DNA of 62,645 nt, the filler included, from Vermamoeba vermiformis (taxonomy: Eukaryota), in NCBI GenBank assembly GCA_045837725.1. It is 5 parts of 5 records of this genome, joined end to end, with 100 filler letters (N's around TTAATTAATTAA, not from the genome) between each part and the next. Parts side by side here need not be neighbours in the genome. Positions count along the whole stretch, not along the records: positions 1 to 23,178 come from JBEWZL010000234.1; 4 more parts are not named here. The stretch is one strand, 5' to 3'. Of this stretch, positions 1 through 11,108 are shown in pieces. Each line of letters starts with the position of its first letter. The stretch's first letter is position 1. The position numbers were made by a program, and so were the translations under genes. The notes beneath the pieces are model-generated. The model was not told where the DNA came from, searched no databases, and saw only the letters and a list, made by a program, of their open reading frames with translations.

Positions 1-56
1 GAAAAGTATTGTAAAAACGCATTTGAGTAAATTTCGCACTTTTATAAGACAACTGG

Positions 57-3000
57 TTATTTTTTCCTTCTTTTCTGTTCATACTCTGCCCATTCCTGGT
101 TTTTGCTTTGGTCAGCATCAATGAAGCAATTTCGTGGTTCCCACGATTGCTCTCCATTTTCCCACAGAACCAACCATTCTAATCTGTTTCCATTCTTCCT
201 ATGGTCAACTACTCTTTTGACAATCCATTCCTCTTGGTCTTGAAAAGAATTAGTATTGGTTCAAATAGTTGCCAACAGCATACCCTGAGTGAAATCTCGT
301 TTGCGCTTTTTGGTTAACACTTCTACCTCTGGTTTTGAGCTAGTACTAATTATTGGGGCAGGCACTTCTGGTTTCACTTGCCCAATGGAGAACATTGCTT
401 CAGAACTTTGAATCGGTTTGTATTGTGCCAGAGCTTCGAAATATTCAATTGCCTAAACTAGCCTTAAGAAACGGTTTCAAAGTTGAAAGCTTACTTGTTT
501 TGACAAGAATTTCTGAGCCTTGCTAACAATAGTTTGAATCAAATCGGCAGAAGGGCAAGTGGGTTGTATCACAGAAGGCTGACCAGATGGAGCTGCGCTG
601 AAAAGTTCATCTTTAACTTCCGTCCATTCATTATCCAGTGACTGTTTCTTATACAAAAGAGAAGGAGTGTTGTCAAGTCCAGGTTTGATCCAAAATGCAT
701 ACTTGTCCTTATGTCCACTTATTGACTGTGAAAAGCCAAGAAACCATTTCTTCCATGAATATACTGGCCATTGTAATTCACGAATGAGAATGTCTTTTGG
801 ATAGATGGCTCTGGCAAATTCCACTGCTTGGTCCATAGTTTCTATAACTTTCCATCGAAAGTAAGTGTGGAATAACTGAAACAATCTATCAATGTCTTCA
901 TGGGTATGTCCAGGTTGAAGGTAGTGAATGAATATTTCATCGAACCAGTTATGGTGCACTAAAGCTGCTGCAAACTGTAGCAGATACTGGTTCTTTCCTT
1001 CTGCGGCACTGTTATCTACTTGCAAGTAAAGAGTTCTTGGTCTCTTGCCTGGGTCTAGAGTGAGAAGTGACTCTTTTAGGTGATGGAAAAGCAGTGAGAT
1101 GTAAAAGTCTGAATCTGCTACATAATCTGTTTCCTTGAAAAACACCAATTCTCTCTTGTTCAGACCATGGTTGATGAAGCCAACAAAACTGACAGGTAGG
1201 AAAGTTACATTTGTCCATTCTTTTGGCATTGGATGAAAATGAGGCAACCAAAATGAGCCACTTTTGTCCGTAATGACACTCATCTTGAGGTGAGGTTGCT
1301 TGATAGCAATATCTGTTCGAACTCGATAACCTTGTCTATCTCTGGTAATATAGGCTATATGATCTTGCATTTGTTGCTTAAGAGCTGAAAGAGTTTTTTC
1401 ACACAGACCAGATTGAAGTCGCTTCTGTTTAATTAATAGGCATGTTGAGCACTTTCCCAGTCTGGTTTCTTTCGGTCTTTTAACATTCTAAATTGATAAT
1501 TAGTATTAATAGGATTCAAGTTAATGTACCTTAAATTGCTTGTGCCTCACTTGCTTGAATGTCTCAAAACTGGGAATATCTTCAGTTGGCCGTTGCAGTT
1601 TGCACTCTTCTGCAAAAAGTTTGTACCACTCTTTGTTTCTGAAGCTAGTAATTACAACCATATTCTATTTTATATACAAACTTACGTTAAATGAGATGGT
1701 AAGTGAATTTCATCCTTTGTAGGAACATAGTCTCCATAGGTTTCACAATAAGCTGAAATCCATGCTGCAACAGAGTCTCTCTTTGGAGTATCATATACTC
1801 GAAAGTAATTACCATGTAGAGTTGCAGTACTGCCATTAAGGTGCATTTGCTTGCAGTGAATCACTTTCTGAACGGCTACACCATAGATCCGACAGAAAGC
1901 CAACTGACAAACTGACATTCCATTGATCAAAAACACAACTGAAGGATCTGATATATTCATGTTGGTTCCCATAAATTTCAATAGCCAAGTTGTTTTTTCA
2001 CTTTCATTCATGTCAGCTACCATTTTGCGACATTTGAGAATCTGTTGATACGTAAACAATGAAGTGCACCTTGCATTACAACAGCTATCTTGTTGAACTG
2101 GTGTAAACAAGTTAGAGGTGTTTTTTAGAAGCGAAAACATACCCTTTGTTATTGACTGTTCACTCACTAGTTTGTCTTTCTTTGCATGTTGGGCTTTCTG
2201 AGAGGGAACTTTCACGGCTGTGAGCTCTCTGAAAAATGAGCGAGAGATGAGTGGCTCCTCTTCAGCTTTTGATATAATGGATTGAAACAATGCAATTCCA
2301 TTAACTTCTTTCTTAGTTGCCAGGTCCTATTTAGATTGTCAATACTGGAATACAGACAAATGTCAACAGACCTGCTGCTTAATGTACACCAAATGATCAA
2401 TGTATTGTTTGTTTTTGCTAACATTGATATCTTCATTCACTCGATAGGCTATACCATTGTTTTGCATCCCATCATAAAAGTATGTGGCGTTGTTGTTAAG
2501 AAAGTAACACGTGGTGTGCACCCCATCACACATCAAAGCACTTAGTAGACTATATGTGCTATCTCCAAAGTGGAGAGTTGGTTCAATTTGTAAATTAATA
2601 TTGGTGAACTGTCTCTTATATCTGCCCAACTCCACTGTGAGAACGGTTGGAAGGTGCATTGTTCCTAACACATTTGTAAGAATATATCTTTGACATCACT
2701 GGAGTTTCTTACGATGTTCCACTGCAAATTCTCCACAAAATTCACACGGCATAGGCATTTTTTGGCAATAGTCTATCAAATGGTGAATTGAAGCCTGAAC
2801 GGAGAGCGTACTGTCAGAAAGTTTCTCAGCAACATAAACAGTTGGGTTGTTGAATTGTTTGATAGTTAAGGGGCAGCGGCAATTTGATCTGTGCTCTTCA
2901 GAAGTGCAAAAAAGGGTTGCTTCAGCTGTGGGCAAGGTTTTGATAGCAGCAGACAGTATTGCTCCAATAGAAACGTATGATTGGCACGGAGTCCATCCAG

Positions 3001-3266
3001 CTACTGGTCCAAGAGCTTCAATTAAATCAACTTTCAATTGATGTAATGCTGAGCTTGATAATGGTGCAAATTGAATCCAGGTTGCAAGCAAGCGAAAGAA
3101 ATTACTAGTCAGCTGCAAATCAGGAATACACTGCAGTGTTAGGCGAAGCACCAGGGCAACAGTTTCAATAGTGCACAGATCTTTCATTCCTAGTTTCTAG
3201 GTTAGTACTACTAATGAGAAAGCTCACCAAGTCCTACCAGCTGAGCCCCACAGGAATCCTTGAAAT
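57..3266 (-). CDS. Multi-exon fusion: USP-like cysteine protease + Sola/DUF7869-like DDD/E transposase + C-terminal chromodomain
   Basis: ORFs 2696-3187, 2363-2671, 1682-2290 and 477-1370 join through short GT-AG introns. Protease motifs: KDLCTIET, LPTVLTVEL, GVHTTCYF..YFYDG. Transposase motifs: ITDKS, LYLQVDNSAAEGKN, PGHTHEDIDRLF. The last exon (57-~237) reads QEEWIVKRVVDHRKNGNRLEWLVLWENGEQSWEP, a chromodomain. Start codon not resolved. Confidence 0.8.
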
Positions 3267-4348
3267 CTAAAAAAGACAAGTCAGTCACTAACTTGAGCAG
3301 TGATTTTTCAACGAGCCAACAATATAATATATAAACTATAAATGATTAACAATATTCAATTATCAATGAAATAGTGTTCGGCAAAGTCGTAGACCAGAGG
3401 TGCAAAAGTTGGTGCAAAGTTTGTTTCGACATCATCGCTGAGTCATTTTTCAGACAGTCGAATATCATTGAATTAGGCATAATGTGGTGTATTAAGTGCA
3501 TATATTAAGTTAGTTTTGTTCGGCAAACAGTTGCGCAATGGGAGGACTCAACAACCGAACTGTAACTACCAGTCAAGATTTTTCATTTGATAAGTAATTG
3601 CACGTTTATATTATGCACAATTAATACTTCATATAATTACTCTTTAGGAAGTTCGGCAAAGTAGTGTTGGAAAGTGGTTAAAGTTGGATCTGACTGCCGG
3701 CAGAACTTGAGAAGCCATACAAAGGCTACAAATGTCAAATAGGACAATATATTCATTTATCTATCTTTTCTGAGTTATCTGAATGCTGTATATGGAGTTA
3801 CAAGTGCATTTAACTTGGTTGCCGAACATTTTACTGAGGGCACGGGGTAGTTGGCATTAAAGATAAGCTATAAACAAAGCATAAACAAAACAAAGCCCAT
3901 AAGTGCATTATATACTATATTAATATCATCATATAATATTAACAGCACTGAATAATTATTAGAAATGACTTGCGAGGCAGATATGAAATTGTGCCGATCA
4001 CTTTTTTCATTAAATTGTCAATTCCTTCATTAGGATATTATTAGAGCTGTACTTTAAAGCCCTTTTAATTATTAATAACTCAAAAGAATAATTTCTAATG
4101 ACTTCCGAAGAGGGAGGAAAATCAAATCTGACCCGGCTTACCTTGAATTAATCTCCATAGTGTTTTGAATAAAATGACCAATGATATTGATGTTATTATT
4201 AATAGTAGCTGTAGTAGTTGTGGGTTATCTTGTTGATAGTAATAAGAAAATGGCTTGGTAAATTGGCTCGTGCCCAAAGCCCTGGTAACTTCCTTTTTTG
4301 GGAGAACAAAATCAGAAGTTGCTCGGAAGTCATTAGATAACCACAACA

Positions 4349-5804
4349 ATGGCTAATAACCCAGAAAACTCTATTATTGAAGTACCAACAACCCCCGAAG
4401 ATGCAAGCCCTCCCGAGCAAAAGACTGAAACTGATTCCTCAGATCTGAATCCATCTCGGAAGTCATTAGGTATGAGATATTACCTTTAATAATTAGGATA
4501 TAATAGTAAAATAATATACATTAGCTTAATGTAAGCTTAATTTCATTTTTCAATAGCTGACAATTCTGCCGATGATTCAAATCTAGCTCGATCCAAAGAA
4601 AAAAGCTCAGATCAACTCCTCAATACTATAGGTAATAAATAATTACACTACTATCTAAAATATAATATTATAATGCATTATTATAGAAGATAAAGCCATT
4701 AGCTTGGACGGCCAAGAAAAGCCTGTCGCCGATCCAGTTTCATCCGAACAAGACAAGAGTAAGTCCTACTGTTTGTACACTTCTACAATAGTTAACTCTC
4801 ACTGCAGAGGACATCACTGAGTACTTCATTTACTTTGGAGAGCCTTGGGAAAAGAAGTGTTATTACAAAGTGACTCGAAGAGTGGACAACTTCTGCATCG
4901 AGGCAGGAGACTTGGTTGCCTTGAAATCAAATGCTGGGCTCCACACTGTCCTTCTCATTAAGAGAAACAAACAATACAACAAAGTCCTTCTTGCCGACCC
5001 AACTCTAGCAAAGGTCATCGAGGTCAAGTTCAGCGAGGTCCTGACAATCCACGGCAAAACAAGCTCTGGGCAACAGCCCCAACTGGACATATTATTCAAG
5101 GAGTACATCAGTGCAAAGGTAACCTAGCTATCTATCAAGATAAAAGCTTATTCACCTTTGTAGAAAAAAAAGTTATCTCCGGCAAAGTCCAAATTAAAGC
5201 CCAAAGAAATGCATCCAAAGAGTGCAACTCGTACCCAACCACCTCGTTCTTCTCGTTCTCCTCCTGTGAAGAGTGTGCCAGTAATCAAAAAAGGTATAAT
5301 CAAAAACATCAGTAGTATCATCTAATAACCTTGAACTTAGAGCTAAAGCAAGCAATCCCTCAGGCACTGCGTCGAAGAAAGGAGCGCAAGCCAGCTCCAA
5401 AGATATTACCTGACTCCTCATCCTCTGACTCGGAGAGCTCTGTTAGTGTCAAGCCAAAGCCAAAGCAACAAAAGAAAGTGATGGAGGCTCCAAAGCTCAA
5501 GCCAGAGACGCTGCTCAAACCAACCCAACCATTGAGTGATAGTGCTCTTCAAAATGCACCGTCTCTTTCTAATCAAGATTGTTCTCCAAATCCGATTGCT
5601 TTGGAACCTGCCACGCACAATGTCACTCCACTGTTCAACGTACCATTCCAGCTTCAAAAACTGCTAGAGCTTCAACAAGTGCACCATCGGCATGCAATGG
5701 CACAACAACAGGCTAATTTCATGTTGTTGTTACAACAGCAACAGCAAGCTGAGTCTCAAGAGGCATTCAGTGCAGTAGTGCAAACCTTCTCGAAATTCAA
5801 ATAA
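4349..5804 (+). CDS. Multi-exon accessory protein (ORF2) of the transposon: acidic N-terminus, small beta-rich domain, K/P/S-rich linker, Q-rich helical end
   Basis: ATG at 4349 (MANNPENS). Exons include ORFs 4870-5127 and 5331-5804, linked by GT-AG introns. Layout parallels 45296-46423. Confidence 0.6.
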
Positions 5805-5982
5805 TTAGTTCCTGACGTTCTGCGAAATTCTTGCTAGTTAAATAAAATGAGAAACTTCTAGAAGTAATAGATTTCGTTGATTTTTCGTCAAAATTTCGCT
5901 GACTTTCTAAAATAGTAGGGTATAAAAGGAGAATTCTTAGCAAACTGTCATTTTTAAATTGATTCTAAAGACAACACAACAA

Positions 5983-7026
5983 ATGCCAGAATACCTTGAA
6001 AACAAGCTAGATGCAAGTGCCATCAATGCCAAAGCAAAGGGCCACAAGTTCAACTCAATATCCACTGGTCCATACAAAGTACCTACTTCTTCAGAGCCCC
6101 TACCTACCATGAATGGACAGTATACTCTCTCTGCCTCTGCCATTGGAAAGTGGCTTATTATCAAGCTGCGGCAAAAACGTCAACTTAAGCACACTCTCTA
6201 CATCTCTCTCAGCATGAAAGGACAAGTTGTGTTTCTTACCCCTGAACAGTATGAAGCTGAAAGCAAATTTGTGGCTATTGCTTTCCATCGTGCAGATGGC
6301 TTGGTCATTGGACTCTTCCACAAGCCCAGCAACCACATTGTTATATATGTGGATTACAAACCTGACACTCTTTCACATGACTTCTTCCTTGAACCATCAG
6401 CATTCAAAAAGCACCTGCAACAGAAGTTGAAAGCTACCCGCAAGAACCTGGCTACTACTCCTCTCTGTGTATTGATGCTGGATCAAGACTTCTTTCCTGG
6501 AGTTGGAAACTATCTGCGTGCTGAAACTCTCCATAAGGCAAACATTCCACCTTTCACTCCTGCTAGCCTCCTGAACGAACCTCAGTTTTTGCAAACTCTG
6601 TTGGATGCTCTACATGCAATTGTGATGGAATTCATTGCCAAGTTACCAGATCACTACAACATGCAAGATGCTCAAATGAAAACTTGGTTTGAGAATGATT
6701 TCCTGAAGGTGTATGGCAAACAAGACTCCCAACGTGCCTTTGACTCCAGTGGAAAGAAGATTTGGTGGAAAGGACCAGGGGGACAGCTTCCCTATGTACC
6801 AACAGAAGATGTATCCAAAGAATCTGTTGGTCCTTATAGTGGATGGGCAATGGAGCTGGAACAAACTGAAATTACTCACCAGGACAAGCAAGCTCTTCAC
6901 TATGCAGTGCGCAAAGGAAAGCGTGGACGACCTAGAGTGATACGCAACTCTATTGGAAGACCAAGCCTGGGCCGCCCTCAATACAATAATAGAAGAGCAA
7001 AGCAAAAGTTTATGTACCGTAAATAA
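5983..7026 (+). CDS. NEIL1: NEIL1-like Fpg/Nei DNA glycosylase/AP lyase (intronless)
   Basis: Starts M-PE (catalytic Pro2/Glu3). ASAIGKWL matches the NEIL1 ASARGKEL Lys. H2TH motif LDQDFFPGVGNYLRAETLHKANIPPF. Zincless-finger region DSSGKKIWWKGPGG. Basic tail. Confidence 0.9.
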   Translation: MPEYLENKLDASAINAKAKGHKFNSISTGPYKVPTSSEPLPTMNGQYTLSASAIGKWLIIKLRQKRQLKHTLYISLSMKGQVVFLTPEQYEAESKFVAIAFHRADGLVIGLFHKPSNHIVIYVDYKPDTLSHDFFLEPSAFKKHLQQKLKATRKNLATTPLCVLMLDQDFFPGVGNYLRAETLHKANIPPFTPASLLNEPQFLQTLLDALHAIVMEFIAKLPDHYNMQDAQMKTWFENDFLKVYGKQDSQRAFDSSGKKIWWKGPGGQLPYVPTEDVSKESVGPYSGWAMELEQTEITHQDKQALHYAVRKGKRGRPRVIRNSIGRPSLGRPQYNNRRAKQKFMYRK

Positions 7027-7049
7027 ACTAAATGTACCCAAATGCACTT

Positions 7050-7283
7050 TTACAATACCTTTCGATGATTTAATTTTTTCTTCTTTCTTCTTCTGATTAA
7101 TTGCCAGAAATTGTGATCGTCTGCAATCTTTTTGTCAAGATCCACATGAGTTTTTCCAACTTCGTTAAGCTTCTTCAACGCAACTCTTCTAGCTTTATAG
7201 GCTTTGTTATACTGTTTGGTAATTTGCTCAAGAGTAAGCTTCATTGACTCTTGAATTCTTGTTTTTGTTCTGTAAAGATTCAT
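7050..7283 (-). CDS. Small basic coiled-coil ORF, convergent with the glycosylase
   Basis: MNLYRTK..RRRKKKK ORF; no recognisable family. Confidence 0.3.
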   Translation of the reverse strand: MNLYRTKTRIQESMKLTLEQITKQYNKAYKARRVALKKLNEVGKTHVDLDKKIADDHNFWQLIRRRKKKKLNHRKVL

Positions 7284-7465
7284 GGTTACTGATTCAAAAA
7301 AACAAATAATAAATTGATTCAATAGCAGGATCTAAAAGATTTGACATTCTTGGTTTATGAAATTTCAAAAGTTAAGAACGTCAGAATCAATCAATTAGAC
7401 TTTATGGGAATCTATTCAATTCCCATTGTATGTAGATGATGTCAAGGTGTTGCGTTTGATATACA

Positions 7466-9937
7466 GTTTATATGGACGATATTATCATTTTTGGTAGAAA
7501 TCTCGACGAACACTTCAACAACCTCGAAACCGTATTTGGCGCTCTCGCAAGTGCTGGTATCACGCTCAAACCCAGCAAATGTCGCTTCTGCCAACGTGAA
7601 CTGCCCTTCCTTGGTCACGTGGTTTCCGAAAAAGGAATTGCAACGGATCCGTCAAAGATTGCAAAAGTCCGCGACGCTGCAGTACCTAAGAACATTCATG
7701 AATTACGCTCCTTCCTTGGTCTCTCTGGATATTATCGAAAATTCATCAAGAATTACGCGAAACACGCCGAGCCTTTGGTCAAACTCACCAGATCTGATAC
7801 GAAATATCAATGGACACAAGAACAGCAAGCCTCATTCGACAAACTCAAAGCCAAACTCGTCAAAGCTCCTATTTTGGCCTATCCCGACTTCAACAAGCCC
7901 TTCACGCTCTACACTGACGCCTCATCCGTTGGACTTGGTGGAATTCTCAGCCAAACTTTTGACGACAAGCCTCGAGTCATCGCATATTGGTCCGAAACTC
8001 TTACCCCTGGTCAACGCTCATGGTCTGCCACTGAAAGAGAATCGCTAGCTATGGTTCACGCTGTCAAATACTTCCGCTATTTCCTTATCGGAAGGAAATT
8101 TCAACTCGTCGTTGATCATCATTCATTAGTCTTCAAAATGTCTGATGCGAACTCTAAGCTCATCAAACACGCCATTCAACTTCAAGAATATGATTTCGAC
8201 ATTGTCTACAGATCCGGAAAATCTCACACTAATGCCGACGCTATGTCACGACCTCCTATCGTCACCACCGAACTCAACAATACCCAAGAAGAACCATTAC
8301 CCTTTTCAGAAGAATATTTCCGTAAAAATCAACGCCTGGATCCCACGATTTCCTACATCTGCGACTACTTCGAGAAGAAGATCGAGCCTGCTTCGCAGAA
8401 AGAAAAGCTACAACTTCAGCGCATCACTGCCGACCTAGTAATAGAAGATGGAATATTATATAGAATTTGGAAACCCTTTGGACGCGCCCTAGACGAACAT
8501 CGACAGATCTTCTTGCCGCTGCATCTGCGACCGAAAATTCTCAAGTTCTATCACGACTCTCTATTTGGTGCTCATCTTGGATTCTTCAAGACACTCAACA
8601 AAATTCGCGAACGCTTCTATTGGTTTGGTATGCTTCGTGACGTGCATCACTATGTCACATCCTGCGAATCCTGCACGCGAAGAAAAGTTTATGGAAAACT
8701 CTATGGAAAACTCAAGACTATTCCAATCACCGACGCCTTCGACACTATTGGAATGGACATCCTTGGACCCTTCAAAGAATCACGCAACGGCTACAAATAC
8801 ATTCTCGTCATCACTGACTACGCTACTAAATGGGTTGAAGCCTTCCCGCTCTTCAGTATCTCATCAGAAGACATCGCCCGTATTTTAGTCGAAGAAATTG
8901 TTTGCCGCCACGGATCGCCTGGTCAGATCATCACGGATCAAGCTGATAATTTCAACTCCGAAATGATTCAACAAGTCTACAAGCTGCTCAACATGAAGAA
9001 AATCCGCACTGTTGCCTATCACCCTCAAACCGACGGTCTCACGGAAAAATTTAATCACACTTTGGCAAAAATGCTCACGCCTTATGTCAACGAATCACAA
9101 GACGACTGGGACGAATATCTCCGCTTTGTTCTCTTTGCCTACAACACTGCCGTTCATGAATCGACGAAATTTACGCCGTTCTTCCTGCTCTATGGTCGAC
9201 ACGCGAAAATGCCCGTGCCCTGGGATCACATCTCGCCGCCTCCTCAGATCCACGACAGTTATCAAGGTTATGCTAAAGATATGCTCAATCGCCTAGCCAT
9301 TGCCAAGAAGATTTCGAAAACGAACATCACGAAAGCGCAAGCTCATCAAAAGAAGAATTACGACAAGAAGAAGAAAGACGAAAAGAAAATTCCGCCTGAC
9401 TCAATAGTTTGGTATAACAAATACAAACTTGATGAAGGTACTACTCACAAGCTTGCCTACAAAAACGATGGCCCCTTCGTCATTAAGAAAATCGATGGAC
9501 TCAATGCCGAGATCGCGCTCAAAGAAAATCCCGCTTATGTCAAACGCGTCAACGTGTCACAACTCCGCATTCAGAAACCGCGCCGCGCCGAACTTGAAGA
9601 GAATGATAGTTTGTCTTCTACCGACAAACCGAACTCACCGCCGCCTACAATCGAAGAAGAAATCTTAAGTGAGAAAACGCCTGTCAAACGTCAACGTCAA
9701 TCAACGGACAATCAACTCGTGCAATCGCTCCGCCTGATTCAACAATCCATCAAACCCACGTCATCACTCGCTCCTCTCAAGAAGAACATTAATCAACTCG
9801 TTGGACTCTCATCAACGTACTCCCGCTCTACTTCAGCGAAAGAAAACAACGAGAAGTTGGTACGCAAGTGCTCTACACCCGCCGAACTGATAAGTTTGAT
9901 CGATCACTTCATTCAAACTTACGCCTCAGAGGACTGA
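7466..9937 (+). CDS. pol: Ty3/Gypsy pol, 5'-truncated (end of RT, RNase H, integrase)
   Basis: Open frame begins at VYMDD, with an in-frame stop at 7457. RNase H motifs LYTDAS and TERE. Integrase HHCC and DDE (GMDILGP, TDQAD, GLTEKFN). Confidence 0.95.
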   Translation, partial: VYMDDIIIFGRNLDEHFNNLETVFGALASAGITLKPSKCRFCQRELPFLGHVVSEKGIATDPSKIAKVRDAAVPKNIHELRSFLGLSGYYRKFIKNYAKHAEPLVKLTRSDTKYQWTQEQQASFDKLKAKLVKAPILAYPDFNKPFTLYTDASSVGLGGILSQTFDDKPRVIAYWSETLTPGQRSWSATERESLAMVHAVKYFRYFLIGRKFQLVVDHHSLVFKMSDANSKLIKHAIQLQEYDFDIVYRSGKSHTNADAMSRPPIVTTELNNTQEEPLPFSEEYFRKNQRLDPTISYICDYFEKKIEPASQKEKLQLQRITADLVIEDGILYRIWKPFGRALDEHRQIFLPLHLRPKILKFYHDSLFGAHLGFFKTLNKIRERFYWFGMLRDVHHYVTSCESCTRRKVYGKLYGKLKTIPITDAFDTIGMDILGPFKESRNGYKYILVITDYATKWVEAFPLFSISSEDIARILVEEIVCRHGSPGQIITDQADNFNSEMIQQVYKLLNMKKIRTVAYHPQTDGLTEKFNHTLAKMLTPYVNESQDDWDEYLRFVLFAYNTAVHESTKFTPFFLLYGRHAKMPVPWDHISPPPQIHDSYQGYAKDMLNRLAIAKKISKTNITKAQAHQKKNYDKKKKDEKKIPPDSIVWYNKYKLDEGTTHKLAYKNDGPFVIKKIDGLNAEIALKENPAYVKRVNVSQLRIQKPRRAELEENDSLSSTDKPNSPPPTIEEEILSEKTPVKRQRQSTDNQLVQSLRLIQQSIKPTSSLAPLKKNINQLVGLSSTYSRSTSAKENNEKLVRKCSTPAELISLIDHFIQTYASED

Positions 9938-9959
9938 GTCTAAACTAGCGACGGGGTAA

Positions 9960-10210
9960 TGTAACGACTCTATTAGTCATCATCGCGGAAATTTCAGTGA
10001 AAACTCCACGATGACGAAGAAGCTTCGAACAAACATCAATAACCCAATAGCAATATGACAACAAATAATTAATAATATATAGAATGACCTAGAACATTCT
10101 ACGGTCAAGTATAAATAACGTTGTAAACGAATCCGATCTTGTATTCTCTTTTATTTAATAAACAACATTACAACAACTACTTAGACGTTGATAGCCCACA
10201 CAACGTTACA
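9960..10210 (+). repeat. 3' LTR of the Gypsy element (251 bp)
   Basis: TGTAACG...CGTTACA terminal inverted repeats, preceded by a purine-rich tract (GACGGGGTAA). Contains TATAAATA and AATAAA. Confidence 0.85.
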
Positions 10211-10799
10211 GTTCATATCCAGTTTGAACTTGTTGACCCAGAACAACGGCGCTCCTGGTGCAGTGTACATCATTAAACGTTTGCAAGGTGTTTGGACATT
10301 GGCCGGAAAGATCACTGGGTCACTCAATCAACGATTTTTTGGCAACGGCATCGTCGCGACAAACAGTTCACTAGTGTTCGATGGAAATATTGCAATGCAT
10401 TCGTTACCGAGATGCACGTTCGATCCAATCGATTGGGACTGTCCTGATGGTGTCAAACTGGATTCATGTGCTGTTGGACAGTTCGATGCAAAGATAGTCT
10501 GCAAGAGCAATCAGCCTACATGCGATTCAATGGTCACCACTGAAATCAAAAACCTTGTCCTCAATGAAAATTCAGTGGAGATCGCATACGCGTTGCATCG
10601 ATTTGGCGCAGACCCTGTATCGCACTCAGTCACGATTGATTGTTCTAAAGACACAACGAGTCCTGATCAACCTTCAACGGTCAATCCTCCGCTCTCAGTG
10701 CCACGAAACAATGATGGCCTCACGAGTAGTTCTGCACGTCGTATTGTAGGAGCTTGTACAGGATTCTTCCTCATTGTATTGACTGCACTCTTGTTTTAA
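10211..10799 (+). pseudogene. 3' part of a surface protein gene (FG-GAP-like repeat, S/T/P stalk, C-terminal hydrophobic/GPI-like tail), separated from its 5' part by the LTR element
   Basis: GAVYIIKRLQGVWTLAGKITGSLNQRFFG resembles an FG-GAP repeat. Ends SSARRIVGACTGFFLIVLTALLF. The frame runs into the LTR upstream. Confidence 0.55.
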
Positions 10800-11108
10800 A
10801 GTCTCTTCGATTTGACTCGTTTACTATGTACTTTTATCGGATGTAAACAAGTTTAATTCAAGAAAATGTCGACAAATTAATAGTTGGACGATCTAAGAAC
10901 CACACTCGAGCATATCATAAATACAAAGGTAAAATTATAATACTTTCTCTAAAAATTATAGCATGTTATTGAAATGGATTATTTGCATTTTACATAACTT
11001 GGATGTACCGAATTATTTAGTGTTCAAATAATGCGATCATTGCCCACATAATTATTCTATAATATTATAATGTTATATTCTGCTAATAAAAACGTAGATC
11101 TTGCAGGA

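Larger units (their letters stand above)
1..7460. mobile_element. Sola/DUF7869-like DNA transposon region (protease-transposase-chromodomain gene, divergent ORF2, NEIL1-like gene); boundaries approximate
   Basis: Same gene architecture as 41663-46423. The right side abuts a Gypsy pol that starts abruptly just before its YMDD motif, suggesting a junction at about 7457-7465. Left terminus not seen; TIRs not identified. Confidence 0.55.

Noticed and set aside
7404-7440. Helitron 3' end
   Set aside because: The hairpin is not followed by CTRR and no Rep/helicase gene is present.
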